From: Vicinamibacterales bacterium
GTDB taxonomy: Bacteria > Acidobacteriota > Vicinamibacteria > Vicinamibacterales > JAMQPK01
Length of the DNA: 64,000 nucleotides
Assembly: GCA_963746535.1 (NCBI GenBank)
Contig: CAVVBP010000012.1
Coordinates: 448,503-512,502, forward strand
Direction of reading: 5' to 3'
The notes below the pieces were generated by a model, which saw only the letters and a program-made list of their open reading frames with translations, searched no databases and had not been told where the DNA came from. A program made the position numbers and the translations under genes. This document shows, in pieces, positions 19,014-28,718 of the stretch (the first letter of the stretch is position 1; every line of letters begins with the position of its first letter).

Positions 19014-19815
19014 AATCCCGGAGATCTTCGGCATCGGGCCGCTGACGATCTACACCTACGGAGTGATGCTGGCCGCCGCCTATCTGGCCGGGCTGCAGCT
19101 CGCCATCGTCCGCGGACGGAAGGCCCGTCTCGACCCCGGACGCCTGCTCGATCTCGGCGTCTACATCGTCATCGCGGCGCTCGTCGGCGCCAAGCTGCTG
19201 CTCCTGGTCGTCAACTTCAATTATTTCCGCAACAACCCGGACGAGATTCTCGTGCTTGCGCGATCGGGCGGCGTGTTTTACGGCGGCCTCATCACGGCGA
19301 CGCTCGTCGCGTTCTGGTATATCCGGCGTCACGCCCTGCCCTTCTGGACGACGTGCGACATGTTCGCGCCGGGCATTGCGCTGGGGCACGTCATCGGCCG
19401 CATGGGCTGTCTGATGGCCGGCTGCTGCTACGGACGCCAGACCAACGTGCCCTGGGCCGTGACGTTCACCGATCCCTTTGCGGCCGCCAATGTCGGCACT
19501 CCGCTGAACGTACCCTTGCATCCCACTCAGGTGTACGAGGCGGGCGCGGAGCTCCTCATCCTGATTTTTCTGCTCGTAACCGAGAAGAAAGGGCGTCCCT
19601 ACCCCGGCCGCACGTTCTGGGGCTACATGCTCCTCTACGCCATCTCGAGGTTCATCATCGAGTTCTATCGCGCCGACGAGCGCGGCTTCGTGATGGGGCT
19701 CTCGACGTCGCAGTTCATCTCGGTCCTGCTGGCGCCACTCAGCCTCGCGATGCTCATCTATCTGCGGCGCACGATTTCGCCCGAGCCGGCCAAGGCCGCC
19801 AGGCGTGCGGCATGA
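18994..19815 (+). CDS. lgt: prolipoprotein diacylglyceryl transferase
   Basis: IYTYG, GGVFYGG, IGRMGCLMAGCCYG, LHPTQVYE and RFIIEFYR motifs. Confidence 0.93.
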   Translation: MYPRLFEIPEIFGIGPLTIYTYGVMLAAAYLAGLQLAIVRGRKARLDPGRLLDLGVYIVIAALVGAKLLLLVVNFNYFRNNPDEILVLARSGGVFYGGLITATLVAFWYIRRHALPFWTTCDMFAPGIALGHVIGRMGCLMAGCCYGRQTNVPWAVTFTDPFAAANVGTPLNVPLHPTQVYEAGAELLILIFLLVTEKKGRPYPGRTFWGYMLLYAISRFIIEFYRADERGFVMGLSTSQFISVLLAPLSLAMLIYLRRTISPEPAKAARRAA

Positions 19816-19827
19816 AAAGATGCACGT

Positions 19828-19987
19828 GGTTCGTGAGGTTCGTAAAGTTCGTGAGTTCGTAAAGTTCGTAGGTTCGTGGAGTTCGAACAGTTCGCGCGAG
19901 CGTCGAACCTCTGAACCTGACGAACCCCACGAACCTACGAACCTACGAACTATACGAACTATACGAACTTGCCGAACTTGCCGAACT
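19828..19987. repeat. inverted array of 8-9-bp tandem units (GTTCG / CGAAC core)
   Basis: About 8 GTTCG units followed by about 10 CGAAC/TGAAC units between lgt and rluD. Confidence 0.9.
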
Positions 19988-20004
19988 TCGACCCGAGGCC
20001 ATCT

Positions 20005-20964
20005 ATGTCTCCCCGCCACGATCTGACCGTCTCTCCTGAAGAGGCGGGCATCCGCATCGATCGGTATCTCACGAGCGTGCTGGCGGGCCACTCGCGCTCG
20101 CAGATTCAGCGCCTCATCAAAGACGGCAAAGTCACCGTCGCCGGCCGGGCGGTTCCAGCCAATCGAGTGGTACGCGGAGGCGACGCCGTCGGCATCGAAA
20201 TTCCCGAACCGACGGGCGCGGCGCCGGAGCCCGAGGATCTCGACCTCGACATCGTTTACCAGGATTCGGACCTGATCGTCGTCAACAAACCCGCAGGCAT
20301 GGTGGTCCATCCCGCCGCCGGTCACGCGCAGGGCACGCTCGTCAACGCCTTGCTGCACGAGGTGGACGACCTGAGTGGCATCGGCGGAGAACTGAGGCCC
20401 GGCATCGTCCATCGCCTCGATCGCGGAACCTCGGGCCTGATGGTCGTGGCCAAGAACGACCGCGCGCACGCCGAGCTCGCGCGACAGTTCCACGATCGCG
20501 AGGTGGAAAAGGAATACGTCGCGCTGGTGTGGGGCGTCGTCCAGGCGGGCCGCCGCATCGATTTGCCAATCGGCCGCGACCCGGCCGACCGCAAGAAGAT
20601 GTCGGCACGCGCGCGCCGCGCACGATCGGCGGCCACGCGGATCACCGCCGCGCTGCAGATACCTGGCGTCACGCTGATACACGTAGCGATCGCCACCGGG
20701 CGCACACATCAAATACGCGTGCACCTGAGTGAGATCGGGCATCCGATCGTCGGCGATGCGGTGTACGGTGGCCTCCGCAGAAGAGTCCCTGGCGATCTTC
20801 GGCCCGTGCTCGGCCTCGATCGCCCGTTCCTGCACGCGGGACGTCTCGTGTTTCATCACCCTTCGGACGGACGTAAGATGGAGTTCGAAGCGCCGCTGCC
20901 GCCCGATCTGCAAACCGTTCTCGACGAGATCCTGCCGGACGACTATGAGCGAAGCACCCCCTGA
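20005..20964 (+). CDS. rluD: RluA-family pseudouridine synthase with S4 domain
   Basis: VNKPAGMVVHP, GIVHRLDRGTSG and TGRTHQIRVH motifs. Confidence 0.9.
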   Translation: MSPRHDLTVSPEEAGIRIDRYLTSVLAGHSRSQIQRLIKDGKVTVAGRAVPANRVVRGGDAVGIEIPEPTGAAPEPEDLDLDIVYQDSDLIVVNKPAGMVVHPAAGHAQGTLVNALLHEVDDLSGIGGELRPGIVHRLDRGTSGLMVVAKNDRAHAELARQFHDREVEKEYVALVWGVVQAGRRIDLPIGRDPADRKKMSARARRARSAATRITAALQIPGVTLIHVAIATGRTHQIRVHLSEIGHPIVGDAVYGGLRRRVPGDLRPVLGLDRPFLHAGRLVFHHPSDGRKMEFEAPLPPDLQTVLDEILPDDYERSTP

Positions 20965-21484
20965 CGTAAGACAGTCCGACGCGATCTACAAGGGACGCGT
21001 CTTCAACATCACGGTCGACCAGGTCGTCTTTGCGGACGGCCGAACCGTGAAAATGGAGGTCGTGCGTCATCGCGGCTCTGTCGTGCTGATGCCGATGACG
21101 GCGCCGGATCGCATTCTGCTCGTTCGCCAGTACCGCTACGTGGTCGACGAGTGGCTCTGGGAACTGCCCGCGGGCACGCTCGAGCCCAACGAGAGCCTGG
21201 TTGACGCCGCGCTGCGCGAGTGCCACGAGGAGGTCGGCAAGATCGCCGGCAAGGCGGAGAAGCTGCTCAGCTTCTTCCCGTCACCCGGCTTCTGCGACGA
21301 GGTGATGAACTTCTTTCTGCTGACAGGCCTGCGCGATCCCCGCCCGGACGAGCCCGCCGCGCATCAGGACCCTGATGAGATTCTCAACGTGAAGGAATTC
21401 GCGGTCGAGGACGTACGGCGGATGGTGAAAGCCGGTGAGATTCGAGATATGAAGACGGCTGTGGGACTTACGCTGATCGCGTAG
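20945..21484 (+). CDS. NUDIX hydrolase (ADP-ribose pyrophosphatase-like)
   Basis: QYRY..ELPAG..E..AALRECHEEVG Nudix box and SPGFCDE. Confidence 0.88.
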   Translation: MSEAPPDVRQSDAIYKGRVFNITVDQVVFADGRTVKMEVVRHRGSVVLMPMTAPDRILLVRQYRYVVDEWLWELPAGTLEPNESLVDAALRECHEEVGKIAGKAEKLLSFFPSPGFCDEVMNFFLLTGLRDPRPDEPAAHQDPDEILNVKEFAVEDVRRMVKAGEIRDMKTAVGLTLIA

Positions 21485-21590
21485 TCGCAAGGCGCAAGTC
21501 GAAAGTCGTGAGGCGCAAGTCTGGGTCAGGCGCAGGGCGAGTTCGCCTTGAGACTACCGACTACCGACTACCGACTTGCGCCTTGCGACT
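21483..21590. repeat. intergenic element with a perfect 19-bp terminal inverted repeat and 7-mer internal repeats
   Basis: agtcgcaaggcgcaagtcg / cgacttgcgccttgcgact; internal gactacc x3. Confidence 0.85.
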
Positions 21591-24025
21591 CATTGCACCG
21601 TCCCCTGCACCCGCGTGCCGGTGCGCCGCTCGCGGTGCGAGGTCGTCGACGGCGTCAACGCCAGCAGCACGGCTTCGTCGATGGTCGAGACCAGGTGGAT
21701 CGTCAGGTCGCGGCGAAGCTCCTCGCTGAGGTCCTCTTTCACGTCCTTGTCGTTCTGCCGCGGCAGAATGATCTCCTTCACTCCCAGCCGTCGAGCCGCC
21801 AGCACCTTTTCCTTGATGCCACCGACCGGCAGCACGCGCCCGGACAAGGTAATCTCGCCCGTCATCGCAATGTCGCCGCGAACCGGCCGGCCCGTCAGCT
21901 CCGACGCCAGCGCCACCGCCATCGTCACGCCCGCCGACGGCCCGTCCTTGGGAATCGCGCCCGACGGCACGTGCAGATGGATCTCGGCCGACTTGTAGAA
22001 ATCGGGATCGACGTTGAACTGCGCGGCGTGCGCCCGGAACCACGACAGCGCCGCCCTGGCCGACTCTTTCATGACGTCGCCGAGGTGGCCCGTCAGGGTC
22101 AGCGTGCCACTGCCTTGCATGCGCGACGCCTCGATGAAGAGGACTTCGCCGCCGACCGGCGTCCAGGCCATGCCGATCGCCACACCCGGGTTCTTCGTGC
22201 GCTCTTCGATTTCCTCGTCGAGGTATCGAGGCGCGCCGAGCAGCCCGACGACGGTATCGCGCGTGAGGCTGACCGGCTCCTCCTGCCCTTCCGCACGGCG
22301 CCGCGCGATCTTTCGGATGAGCGACGCGATCTCGCGCTCGAGATTGCGGACCCCCGCCTCACGCGTGTAGCCCCGAATCACGAGGCGGATGGCGTCATCC
22401 GTAAACGACACCATCTCGGCCGTCAGCCCGTGGTTCGCAACCTGCTTGGCGATGAGGTGCTCTTTCGCAATCTTGAGCTTCTCCTCCTCGGTATACCCCG
22501 GCAGCTCGAGCACTTCCATTCTGTCGCGCAGCGGCGGCGGAATCGTGTCGAGCACGTTCGCCGTCGTCACGAACAGCACTTCGGACAAGTCGAACGGCAC
22601 GTCGAGATAGTGATCGCGGAACGAGTTGTTCTGTTCAGGGTCGAGCACTTCGAGCAGCGCCGAGCTCGGGTCGCCGCGGAAGTCCGATCCCAGCTTGTCG
22701 ATTTCGTCGAGGATGAACACCGGGTTCTTGGACTCCGCCCTGCGGAGCCCCTGGATGATCTGGCCCGGCAGCGCCCCGATGTACGTCCGGCGATGCCCGC
22801 GAATCTCCGCCTCGTCGCGCATGCCTCCCAGCGAGACGCGCACGAACTTCCGATCCAGTGAATTGGCAATCGATTTCGCGAGCGACGTTTTGCCGACTCC
22901 CGGAGGACCCGCGAAGCAGAGGATCGGCCCCTTCATCGTCGGGTTGAGCTTCCGCACCGCGAGGTACTCGAGGATGCGGTCCTTCACCTTCTCGAGACCG
23001 GTGTGATCCGCGTCCAGCACGCCCTTGGTGCGCGCCAGGTCGATCACTTCGTCCGTACGCTTCGCCCAGGGCAGCGCGATCAGCCAGTCGAGATACGTGC
23101 GCGAGACCGTGTATTCGGCGGCCGCGACCGGCATTCTCGTCAGGCGATCGAGCTCGCGCCTGGCTTCCTTCTTGACCGCGTCCGGCATGCCGGCGGCTTC
23201 GATCTTTTCGCGAAGCTCTTCGACTTCCTTGGTCTGATCGTCGCCTTCGCCGAGCTCTTTCTGAATCGCCTTCATCTGCTCGCGCAGGAAGTATTCGCGC
23301 TGGTTCTTCCCGACCTCCGACTGCACCTGCGACTGGATTTTCGACCCCAGCTCGAGCACCTCGGCTTCCTTGATGAGCAGGCGGTTGAGCAAATCAAGGC
23401 GCGAGCGCACGTCGACCGTCTCGAGCACTTCCTGCTTGACCGCCGTGCTCAACGTGGCGAGGCTCGACGCGATGAAGTCGGCGAGCCGGCCCGGCTCGGT
23501 GATGTTCATCGCCAGCGCCTGCAGATCGTCGGACAGGAGCGGCGACAGCGAGACGACGTGCTGGAAATTGGTCTTGATGTTCCGCTGGAGGGCGTCGATC
23601 TCGAGACGGTCTTCGTCCCGCACCGTGTCGTCTGCCGGATTCACGCGGGCCCGCAGGTACGGGCGCGCGACCGTGATCGACTCCAGTTGGAGGCGGGACA
23701 GGCCCTGGACGATCAAGCGCAGGCTGCCGTCTGGCAGCTTGAACATCTTGTGAATGTGCGTGGCGGTACCGATCCGGTGGAGATCGTCCTGGGTCGGCTC
23801 CTCGACCGACGCGTCGCGCTGCGTGAACACGCCGACGAGCTTGCTTCCGCTGATCGCTTCTTCGATGAGGCGCACCGAGCTTTCGCGGGCGACCGCCAGC
23901 GGCAGAAACGAATTCGGAAACAACACCGTGTCGCGCAGCGGAAGAATCGGCAGCTCGCTCGGTATCGCGACCGGATGCTCGGCAGACGCTTCCGCGATTT
24001 CGAGACGCTCGTCTTCACGACCCAT
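21590..24025 (-). CDS. lon: ATP-dependent Lon protease
   Basis: LON_N domain, GPPGVGKTS, DEIDK and PKDGPSAG with the catalytic Ser. Confidence 0.97.
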   Translation of the reverse strand: MGREDERLEIAEASAEHPVAIPSELPILPLRDTVLFPNSFLPLAVARESSVRLIEEAISGSKLVGVFTQRDASVEEPTQDDLHRIGTATHIHKMFKLPDGSLRLIVQGLSRLQLESITVARPYLRARVNPADDTVRDEDRLEIDALQRNIKTNFQHVVSLSPLLSDDLQALAMNITEPGRLADFIASSLATLSTAVKQEVLETVDVRSRLDLLNRLLIKEAEVLELGSKIQSQVQSEVGKNQREYFLREQMKAIQKELGEGDDQTKEVEELREKIEAAGMPDAVKKEARRELDRLTRMPVAAAEYTVSRTYLDWLIALPWAKRTDEVIDLARTKGVLDADHTGLEKVKDRILEYLAVRKLNPTMKGPILCFAGPPGVGKTSLAKSIANSLDRKFVRVSLGGMRDEAEIRGHRRTYIGALPGQIIQGLRRAESKNPVFILDEIDKLGSDFRGDPSSALLEVLDPEQNNSFRDHYLDVPFDLSEVLFVTTANVLDTIPPPLRDRMEVLELPGYTEEEKLKIAKEHLIAKQVANHGLTAEMVSFTDDAIRLVIRGYTREAGVRNLEREIASLIRKIARRRAEGQEEPVSLTRDTVVGLLGAPRYLDEEIEERTKNPGVAIGMAWTPVGGEVLFIEASRMQGSGTLTLTGHLGDVMKESARAALSWFRAHAAQFNVDPDFYKSAEIHLHVPSGAIPKDGPSAGVTMAVALASELTGRPVRGDIAMTGEITLSGRVLPVGGIKEKVLAARRLGVKEIILPRQNDKDVKEDLSEELRRDLTIHLVSTIDEAVLLALTPSTTSHRERRTGTRVQGTVQ

Positions 24026-24091
24026 GGTGACACCCCCCGTTGGTCCTGCAGTTTATAACTTGTCGCGGTTTCTTGTTCGTGCGGGCGGGCT

Positions 24092-24121
24092 ACAGGCTCC
24101 GCCCGTGACGGCGGAGCCTGT
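24092..24121. terminator. GC-rich hairpin between dksA-like and lon
   Basis: acaggctccgcc-cgtgac-ggcggagcctgt, a 12-bp perfect stem. Confidence 0.55.
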
Positions 24122-24137
24122 TAGAAGGGACGCCGTA

Positions 24138-24599
24138 TTAGCTTGACACGTCTCCGAAGAAGAACGCCGGACCGTTACGCTTCTGGGCGGCGACCTTTTC
24201 GCGTTCGACCGCCATCTCCCGGCCCTCTTCGCAATCCTTGCACCGCACCGCGAACGGCAGCGCCCGGAGGCGCTTGTCCGAGATTTCTCCGCCGCAGTCC
24301 GCACAGTAGCCGTAGTTGCCGACCTCGAGCCGATGCAGCGCGTCGTTGACCTTGGTGAGCGTTTCCGCCTTCATCTGAATCAGCGCGAACTCGATGTCTT
24401 CCTGAATATCGGCTTCGGAACTCTCGCCGGCGTCCAGGACTTCGTTGACCTTGCCCCACGCATCCGCTTCTCGCTGATCCCGAATGCGACCCTGAACCTC
24501 GCTCAGGATCTCTTTACGGCGCTCCTCGAGCATCCGCTTCAGATCGGAATAGCGGGCTTCGTTCACTGAGGAGGTCTGTTTGCCTGTCGTCGTCTTCAT
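24138..24599 (-). CDS. dksA: TraR/DksA-family C4 zinc-finger regulator
   Basis: Coiled coil, then YGYCADCG.EI...RL.ALPFAVRCKDC; AAGGAG SD. Confidence 0.85.
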   Translation of the reverse strand: MKTTTGKQTSSVNEARYSDLKRMLEERRKEILSEVQGRIRDQREADAWGKVNEVLDAGESSEADIQEDIEFALIQMKAETLTKVNDALHRLEVGNYGYCADCGGEISDKRLRALPFAVRCKDCEEGREMAVEREKVAAQKRNGPAFFFGDVSS

Positions 24600-24664
24600 G
24601 ATTCCGACTCCTTCCGCCGTGTCTCAAATCTAGTCATTACCCGAACCGTTCGTGCTGCGCCTAA

Positions 24665-24680
24665 TGCAAATAGGATGCCT
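24665..24680 (-). promoter_or_regulatory. sigma54-type -24/-12 promoter upstream of the dksA-like gene
   Basis: Minus strand AGGCATCCTATTTGCA gives GG-N10-GC with GGCA and TTGCA. Confidence 0.55.
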
Positions 24681-24979
24681 ACGCGTCGCACTCAGTTTGT
24701 CTTGGAGAATCGGGGGACTTTCGCAGGGAGGAAGCGGCGGGACTGGGAAAAAAAGGCTGCCTTTCCCCATCACGGGCTCCACCTCCCCGATCTGCTTGAG
24801 TCTATCTCCCTCATCACACTAGACTTATCTCATTCCGTTCATTGGCTCTCCCGCCATTTCGAAACTCGTAACTATTAGACGCCGGCGAGCCCCTGGCGGT
24901 TCGGTTTGACGACATCGAGCGACAAGGTCGTTAATAGAGGACAATTACGGTTTAACCAATCAGGACGATTCCCCACACT

Positions 24980-25642
24980 ATGCCGTGTCCGGTCTGCAAC
25001 CAACGCAAAGCCAAGCGGGCGTGCCCCGCCCTGAATCAGCAGATCTGCGCGGTATGTTGCGGCACAAAACGCCTCGTCGAGATTAACTGCCCGCCGGATT
25101 GCGGATATTTGTCTACATCCCGCAGCCATCCTCCCGCGGTTGTGCAGCGCCAGCAGGAAATGGATCGCGCCATCATGCTGCCGCTGATGCAGGGGTTATC
25201 GGAGCGCCAGGCACGGGTATTCCTGATGCTGGCCGCGCTGACATCGCGCCACCAGTCCGAGGGTCTGCAGAAGCTCGTGGACGACGATATCGCCCAGGCC
25301 GCGGGCGCGCTGGCCTCGACGCTCGAGACCTCGGCGCGTGGCATCGTTTACGAACATCAGCCCACATCAGTGGCGGCATCGCGGCTGATGGGCGAGCTCA
25401 AGACCATGGTGGCCGAGGTGGTAAAAAATGCCGGTTCTGCACTCGAACGCGACGCAGCCATTGCGCTGCGACGCATCGAGCACGGTGCCAGAACGATGGC
25501 CGCCTATCCCTCGGCGGGCACCGACCCGGGACGGGGGCCCAGCGAACTGCAGCACCTGTTCGCCCGCGTGCTGACGCCCCCGCCGGGAACGGAAACGCCC
25601 GAGACGCCGACCGCTCCGGCCTCGTCGATCATCATTCCTTGA
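24980..25642 (+). CDS. hypothetical protein with Cys-rich N-terminal domain
   Basis: CPVC..CP..CAVCCG..CPPDC (8 Cys in about 45 aa), then a helical domain. Confidence 0.8.
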   Translation: MPCPVCNQRKAKRACPALNQQICAVCCGTKRLVEINCPPDCGYLSTSRSHPPAVVQRQQEMDRAIMLPLMQGLSERQARVFLMLAALTSRHQSEGLQKLVDDDIAQAAGALASTLETSARGIVYEHQPTSVAASRLMGELKTMVAEVVKNAGSALERDAAIALRRIEHGARTMAAYPSAGTDPGRGPSELQHLFARVLTPPPGTETPETPTAPASSIIIP

Positions 25643-25674
25643 GTTATAATGACCGGTTCCTTCTGGAGGAAGTA

Positions 25675-25866
25675 ATGGCAAAGAGTTGTGAAGTGTGCGG
25701 GAAGAAGCCCGTCGTCGGCCGGATCGTCAGCCACGCGCATAACGTGAGCCCCCGCCGTTTCGAGCCGAACCTGCAGGTTGTTCGCGCCATGATCAACGGC
25801 GGCGTCCGCCGTATCCGCGTCTGCACCCGCTGCCTGCGCTCGAACAAAGTCACCAAAGCCGCCTGA
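25675..25866 (+). CDS. rpmB: 50S ribosomal protein L28 (zinc-ribbon type)
   Basis: [28 protein letters not shown]...CTRCLRS; GGAGG SD. Confidence 0.95.
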   Translation: MAKSCEVCGKKPVVGRIVSHAHNVSPRRFEPNLQVVRAMINGGVRRIRVCTRCLRSNKVTKAA

Positions 25867-25868
25867 CG

Positions 25869-26249
25869 ATGCTCTCCCCCGTTTCGACCGGGTCGGCGCC
25901 CAAGGCGCTGGGGCCGTATTCGCAGGCGATCAGCGCAGGTCAGTTCCTGTTTGTCTCGGGTCAGGTTCCCATCGATCCAGCGACCAATGAGCTGGTTGGT
26001 GGCAGCATCGCCGACCAGACGCGACGCGTGTTCCAGAACATCGGGGAAATCCTGAAGGCCGGGGGCGCGTCGTTCCAGCACGTGGTCCGCGCGACCGTCT
26101 ATCTCGCGGATCTCTCCGACTTCGCCGCAATGAACGAGGTCTACGCGACGTTCTTCACGCCGCCCCAGCCTGCCCGCTCGACCATCCAGGCCGCACGTCT
26201 GCCACGCGACGCCCGCATCGAAGTCGATGTGATTGCGTTTCTTGGCTGA
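25869..26249 (+). CDS. RidA/YjgF family reactive intermediate deaminase
   Basis: APKALGPYSQA, SGQVP, PARST..ARLP and IEVDVIA motifs. Confidence 0.93.
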   Translation: MLSPVSTGSAPKALGPYSQAISAGQFLFVSGQVPIDPATNELVGGSIADQTRRVFQNIGEILKAGGASFQHVVRATVYLADLSDFAAMNEVYATFFTPPQPARSTIQAARLPRDARIEVDVIAFLG

Positions 26250-26261
26250 GCAGAACAACGG

Positions 26262-26355
26262 ATCACCAAGATCACTAAGCTGAAACACACAAGAACACTA
26301 AGAGTCTCTTTCTCTTTGTGATCTTGTCGGCTTGTACCTTCGTGTCCTTGGTGAT
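26262..26355. repeat. inverted array of about 9-bp units (CACxAAG core) between convergent genes
   Basis: atcaccaag atcactaag ... cttcgtgtc cttggtgat; 9-bp terminal inverted repeat. Confidence 0.7.
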
Positions 26356-28529
26356 TACGGGCGGGCGGCGGAACGTTCGACGTCGAGGACACCCTCCACG
26401 CCTTTCAGCAGCTTGATGACTTTCTCGAGGTGCTTCACGTCCTTGATCTCCACGGCCATGTTGATGCGGCCGAGATGATCGCTGTCGGCGCCGGTGGCCT
26501 CGACATTGGTGATGTTCGTGTTGATGGCGGCTATCCGCGAGCTGACGTCCGCGAGAATCCCCTTGCGATCTTCCACCTGCATCGTCAGCCGCACGATGTA
26601 GCGTGACGTGTCCGCCGCCGTATCCCACTCCACGTCGATGCGCCGCTCGGGGTCGTACAGCAGGTTCATGACGTTCGGGCACGACGCCGAGTGCACCGAC
26701 ACACCCTTGCCGCGGGTGATGTAGCCGACGATCTTCTCGCCGCGAATCGGATTGCAGCAGCGCGCGCGGACGACCATGAGGTCGTCGACGCCGCTAACCT
26801 TGATCTTGTCTTCGCCGGTGCCCGCTGCCGTGACGCCCAGCACCCTGCGGACGACCGAGGCGACGCCGGTTTCCGGCGGCTTCTCCTTCAGCTCCTCCTG
26901 GGGGACCAGCTTCGCCAGCAGCTTTCTCGGCGCCACCTTCCCGTAGCCGATTTCCGCGAAAATCTCGTCGCTCGCACCGTAATCGGCCGCCAGCTTCTTG
27001 AACACCTCGCTGTCGAAGAGCGTGGCCGGGTTCAGATCGAAGCGGCGGGCTTCCTTCTCGAGCAGCCGCTTGCCGAGCTCCACGCTGCGGGCACGCTCTT
27101 CGGCCTGGACGAAGTGCTTGATCTTGTTGCGCGCTCTCGCGGTGACGACGAAATTCAACCAGTCGCGGCTGGGCTTGTGGCCGGAATTGGTGACGATTTC
27201 CACGATATCGCCGTTGCGGAGCCGCGTGCGCAGCGGCACCATCTTGCCGTTCACCCGCGCGCCAACGCATTGGTGGCCGATATCGGTGTGGATGGCGTAG
27301 GCGAAATCGATCGGCGTCGCGCCGCGGGGAAAGGCCTTCACCTGCCCCTTCGGCGTGAAGATGTAGACCTCTTCGGGATACAGGTCGACCTTGAGGTTCT
27401 GAATGAACTCGTGCGGGTCGCGCACTTCCTGCTGAACTTCGAGCAGCTGCCGGAGCCACTGGAAATGACGCTCGTCGCGATGGTCGCCGATGCGCCCTTC
27501 CTTGTACTTCCAGTGCGCCGCGATGCCCTCCTCCGCGTGACGGTGCATTTCCTCGGTGCGAATCTGCACCTCGAACGGCACGCCCCGCTCGCTGATCACC
27601 GACGTGTGCAGCGACTGGTAGCCGTTCGGGCGCGGCATGGCGATGAAGTCCTTGATGCGCCCGGGCACCGGCGACCATGTCTGATGGATGATGCCCAGGG
27701 CGGCATAGCAGTCCTTCACGCTGTCGGTGATGATGCGCAGCGCGACGAAGTCGTACACCTGGTCGAGCTCGATGCGCTGGCGCTTGAGCTTCTGGTTGAT
27801 GCTGTAGAGACGCTTGAGCCGTCCATCCACCTGTTTGATGGGAACCTGAGCCTCGCTCAGCTTCGCCATGATGGTTTTCTTGAGATAGTCGATCTCGACC
27901 TCGGCCGCCTTGCGCTTGCCCTCGACCTTCGCGGTCAGCGACTGGTAGCCCGCCGAATCGAGGTACTTGAACGACAACTCCTCGAGCTCGTTCTTGATCT
28001 TGCTCATGCCCAGGCGGTTGGCAATCGGCGCGTAGATGTCGAGCGTCTCCTGGGCCGTGCGCGTCTGCCGATCTTCCGACATGTGCGAGAGCGTACGCAT
28101 GTTGTGGAGACGATCGGCGAGCTTGACGAGGATGACCCGGATGTCGTCGACCATGGCCAGGAGCATCTTGCGGAAGTTCTCGGCCTGCCGCTCTTCGCTC
28201 GAGGAGAAGGGGATGGCGCTGATCTTGGTGACCCCCTCGACGACATGGGCCACTTCGGGACCGAAGTGCTCCTGAATCTTCTCAATCGTCGTCAGAGTGT
28301 CTTCGACGACGTCGTGCAACAGGCCGGCCGCGATGGCGACGGGATCGAGCCGCATGTCGGCCAGGATGCTCGCCACCTCGAGCGGGTGCACCAGGTAGGG
28401 CTCGCCGGAATGGCGCACCTGTCCCTTGTGCTCCAATGCGGAAAACACGTAGGCCCGGCGAAGGAACTCGCGTTCCTCGTCCGAGGTGTAGGTCCGCACC
28501 TGCTCGAGAAGGTCTTCGAATCGAATCAT
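26355..28529 (-). CDS. rel: bifunctional (p)ppGpp synthetase/hydrolase
   Basis: RHSGEPY..HP, LLHDVVEDT (intact HD), KPNGY-like RPNGYQSLHT, EVQIRT, then TGS and ACT domains. Confidence 0.95.
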   Translation of the reverse strand: MIRFEDLLEQVRTYTSDEEREFLRRAYVFSALEHKGQVRHSGEPYLVHPLEVASILADMRLDPVAIAAGLLHDVVEDTLTTIEKIQEHFGPEVAHVVEGVTKISAIPFSSSEERQAENFRKMLLAMVDDIRVILVKLADRLHNMRTLSHMSEDRQTRTAQETLDIYAPIANRLGMSKIKNELEELSFKYLDSAGYQSLTAKVEGKRKAAEVEIDYLKKTIMAKLSEAQVPIKQVDGRLKRLYSINQKLKRQRIELDQVYDFVALRIITDSVKDCYAALGIIHQTWSPVPGRIKDFIAMPRPNGYQSLHTSVISERGVPFEVQIRTEEMHRHAEEGIAAHWKYKEGRIGDHRDERHFQWLRQLLEVQQEVRDPHEFIQNLKVDLYPEEVYIFTPKGQVKAFPRGATPIDFAYAIHTDIGHQCVGARVNGKMVPLRTRLRNGDIVEIVTNSGHKPSRDWLNFVVTARARNKIKHFVQAEERARSVELGKRLLEKEARRFDLNPATLFDSEVFKKLAADYGASDEIFAEIGYGKVAPRKLLAKLVPQEELKEKPPETGVASVVRRVLGVTAAGTGEDKIKVSGVDDLMVVRARCCNPIRGEKIVGYITRGKGVSVHSASCPNVMNLLYDPERRIDVEWDTAADTSRYIVRLTMQVEDRKGILADVSSRIAAINTNITNVEATGADSDHLGRINMAVEIKDVKHLEKVIKLLKGVEGVLDVERSAARP

Positions 28530-28637
28530 TGTTTGTGGCGGCCGCCCCCGAACCGCCGACCCTGCCGCGAGAACCAAACGGCCAAAACGGTGTCTAACCC
28601 AAGTATCGGCAAATGGTTAGGACATTCTAAAGCATCC

Positions 28638-28666
28638 TTGACTTGGCTTTAGGGCGTTCATATACT
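28638..28666 (+). promoter_or_regulatory. sigma70 promoter of the TPR lipoprotein gene
   Basis: TTGACT-17 nt-TATACT. Confidence 0.7.
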
Positions 28667-28718
28667 TGGCGGGTTTTTCTCCAAAATTCGCGCGGTTTCG
28701 TAATTGAAGGGGGATCTG

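Noticed and set aside
19828-19987. Possible CRISPR array
   Set aside because: Units are 8-9 bp with no unique spacers, and there are no cas genes.
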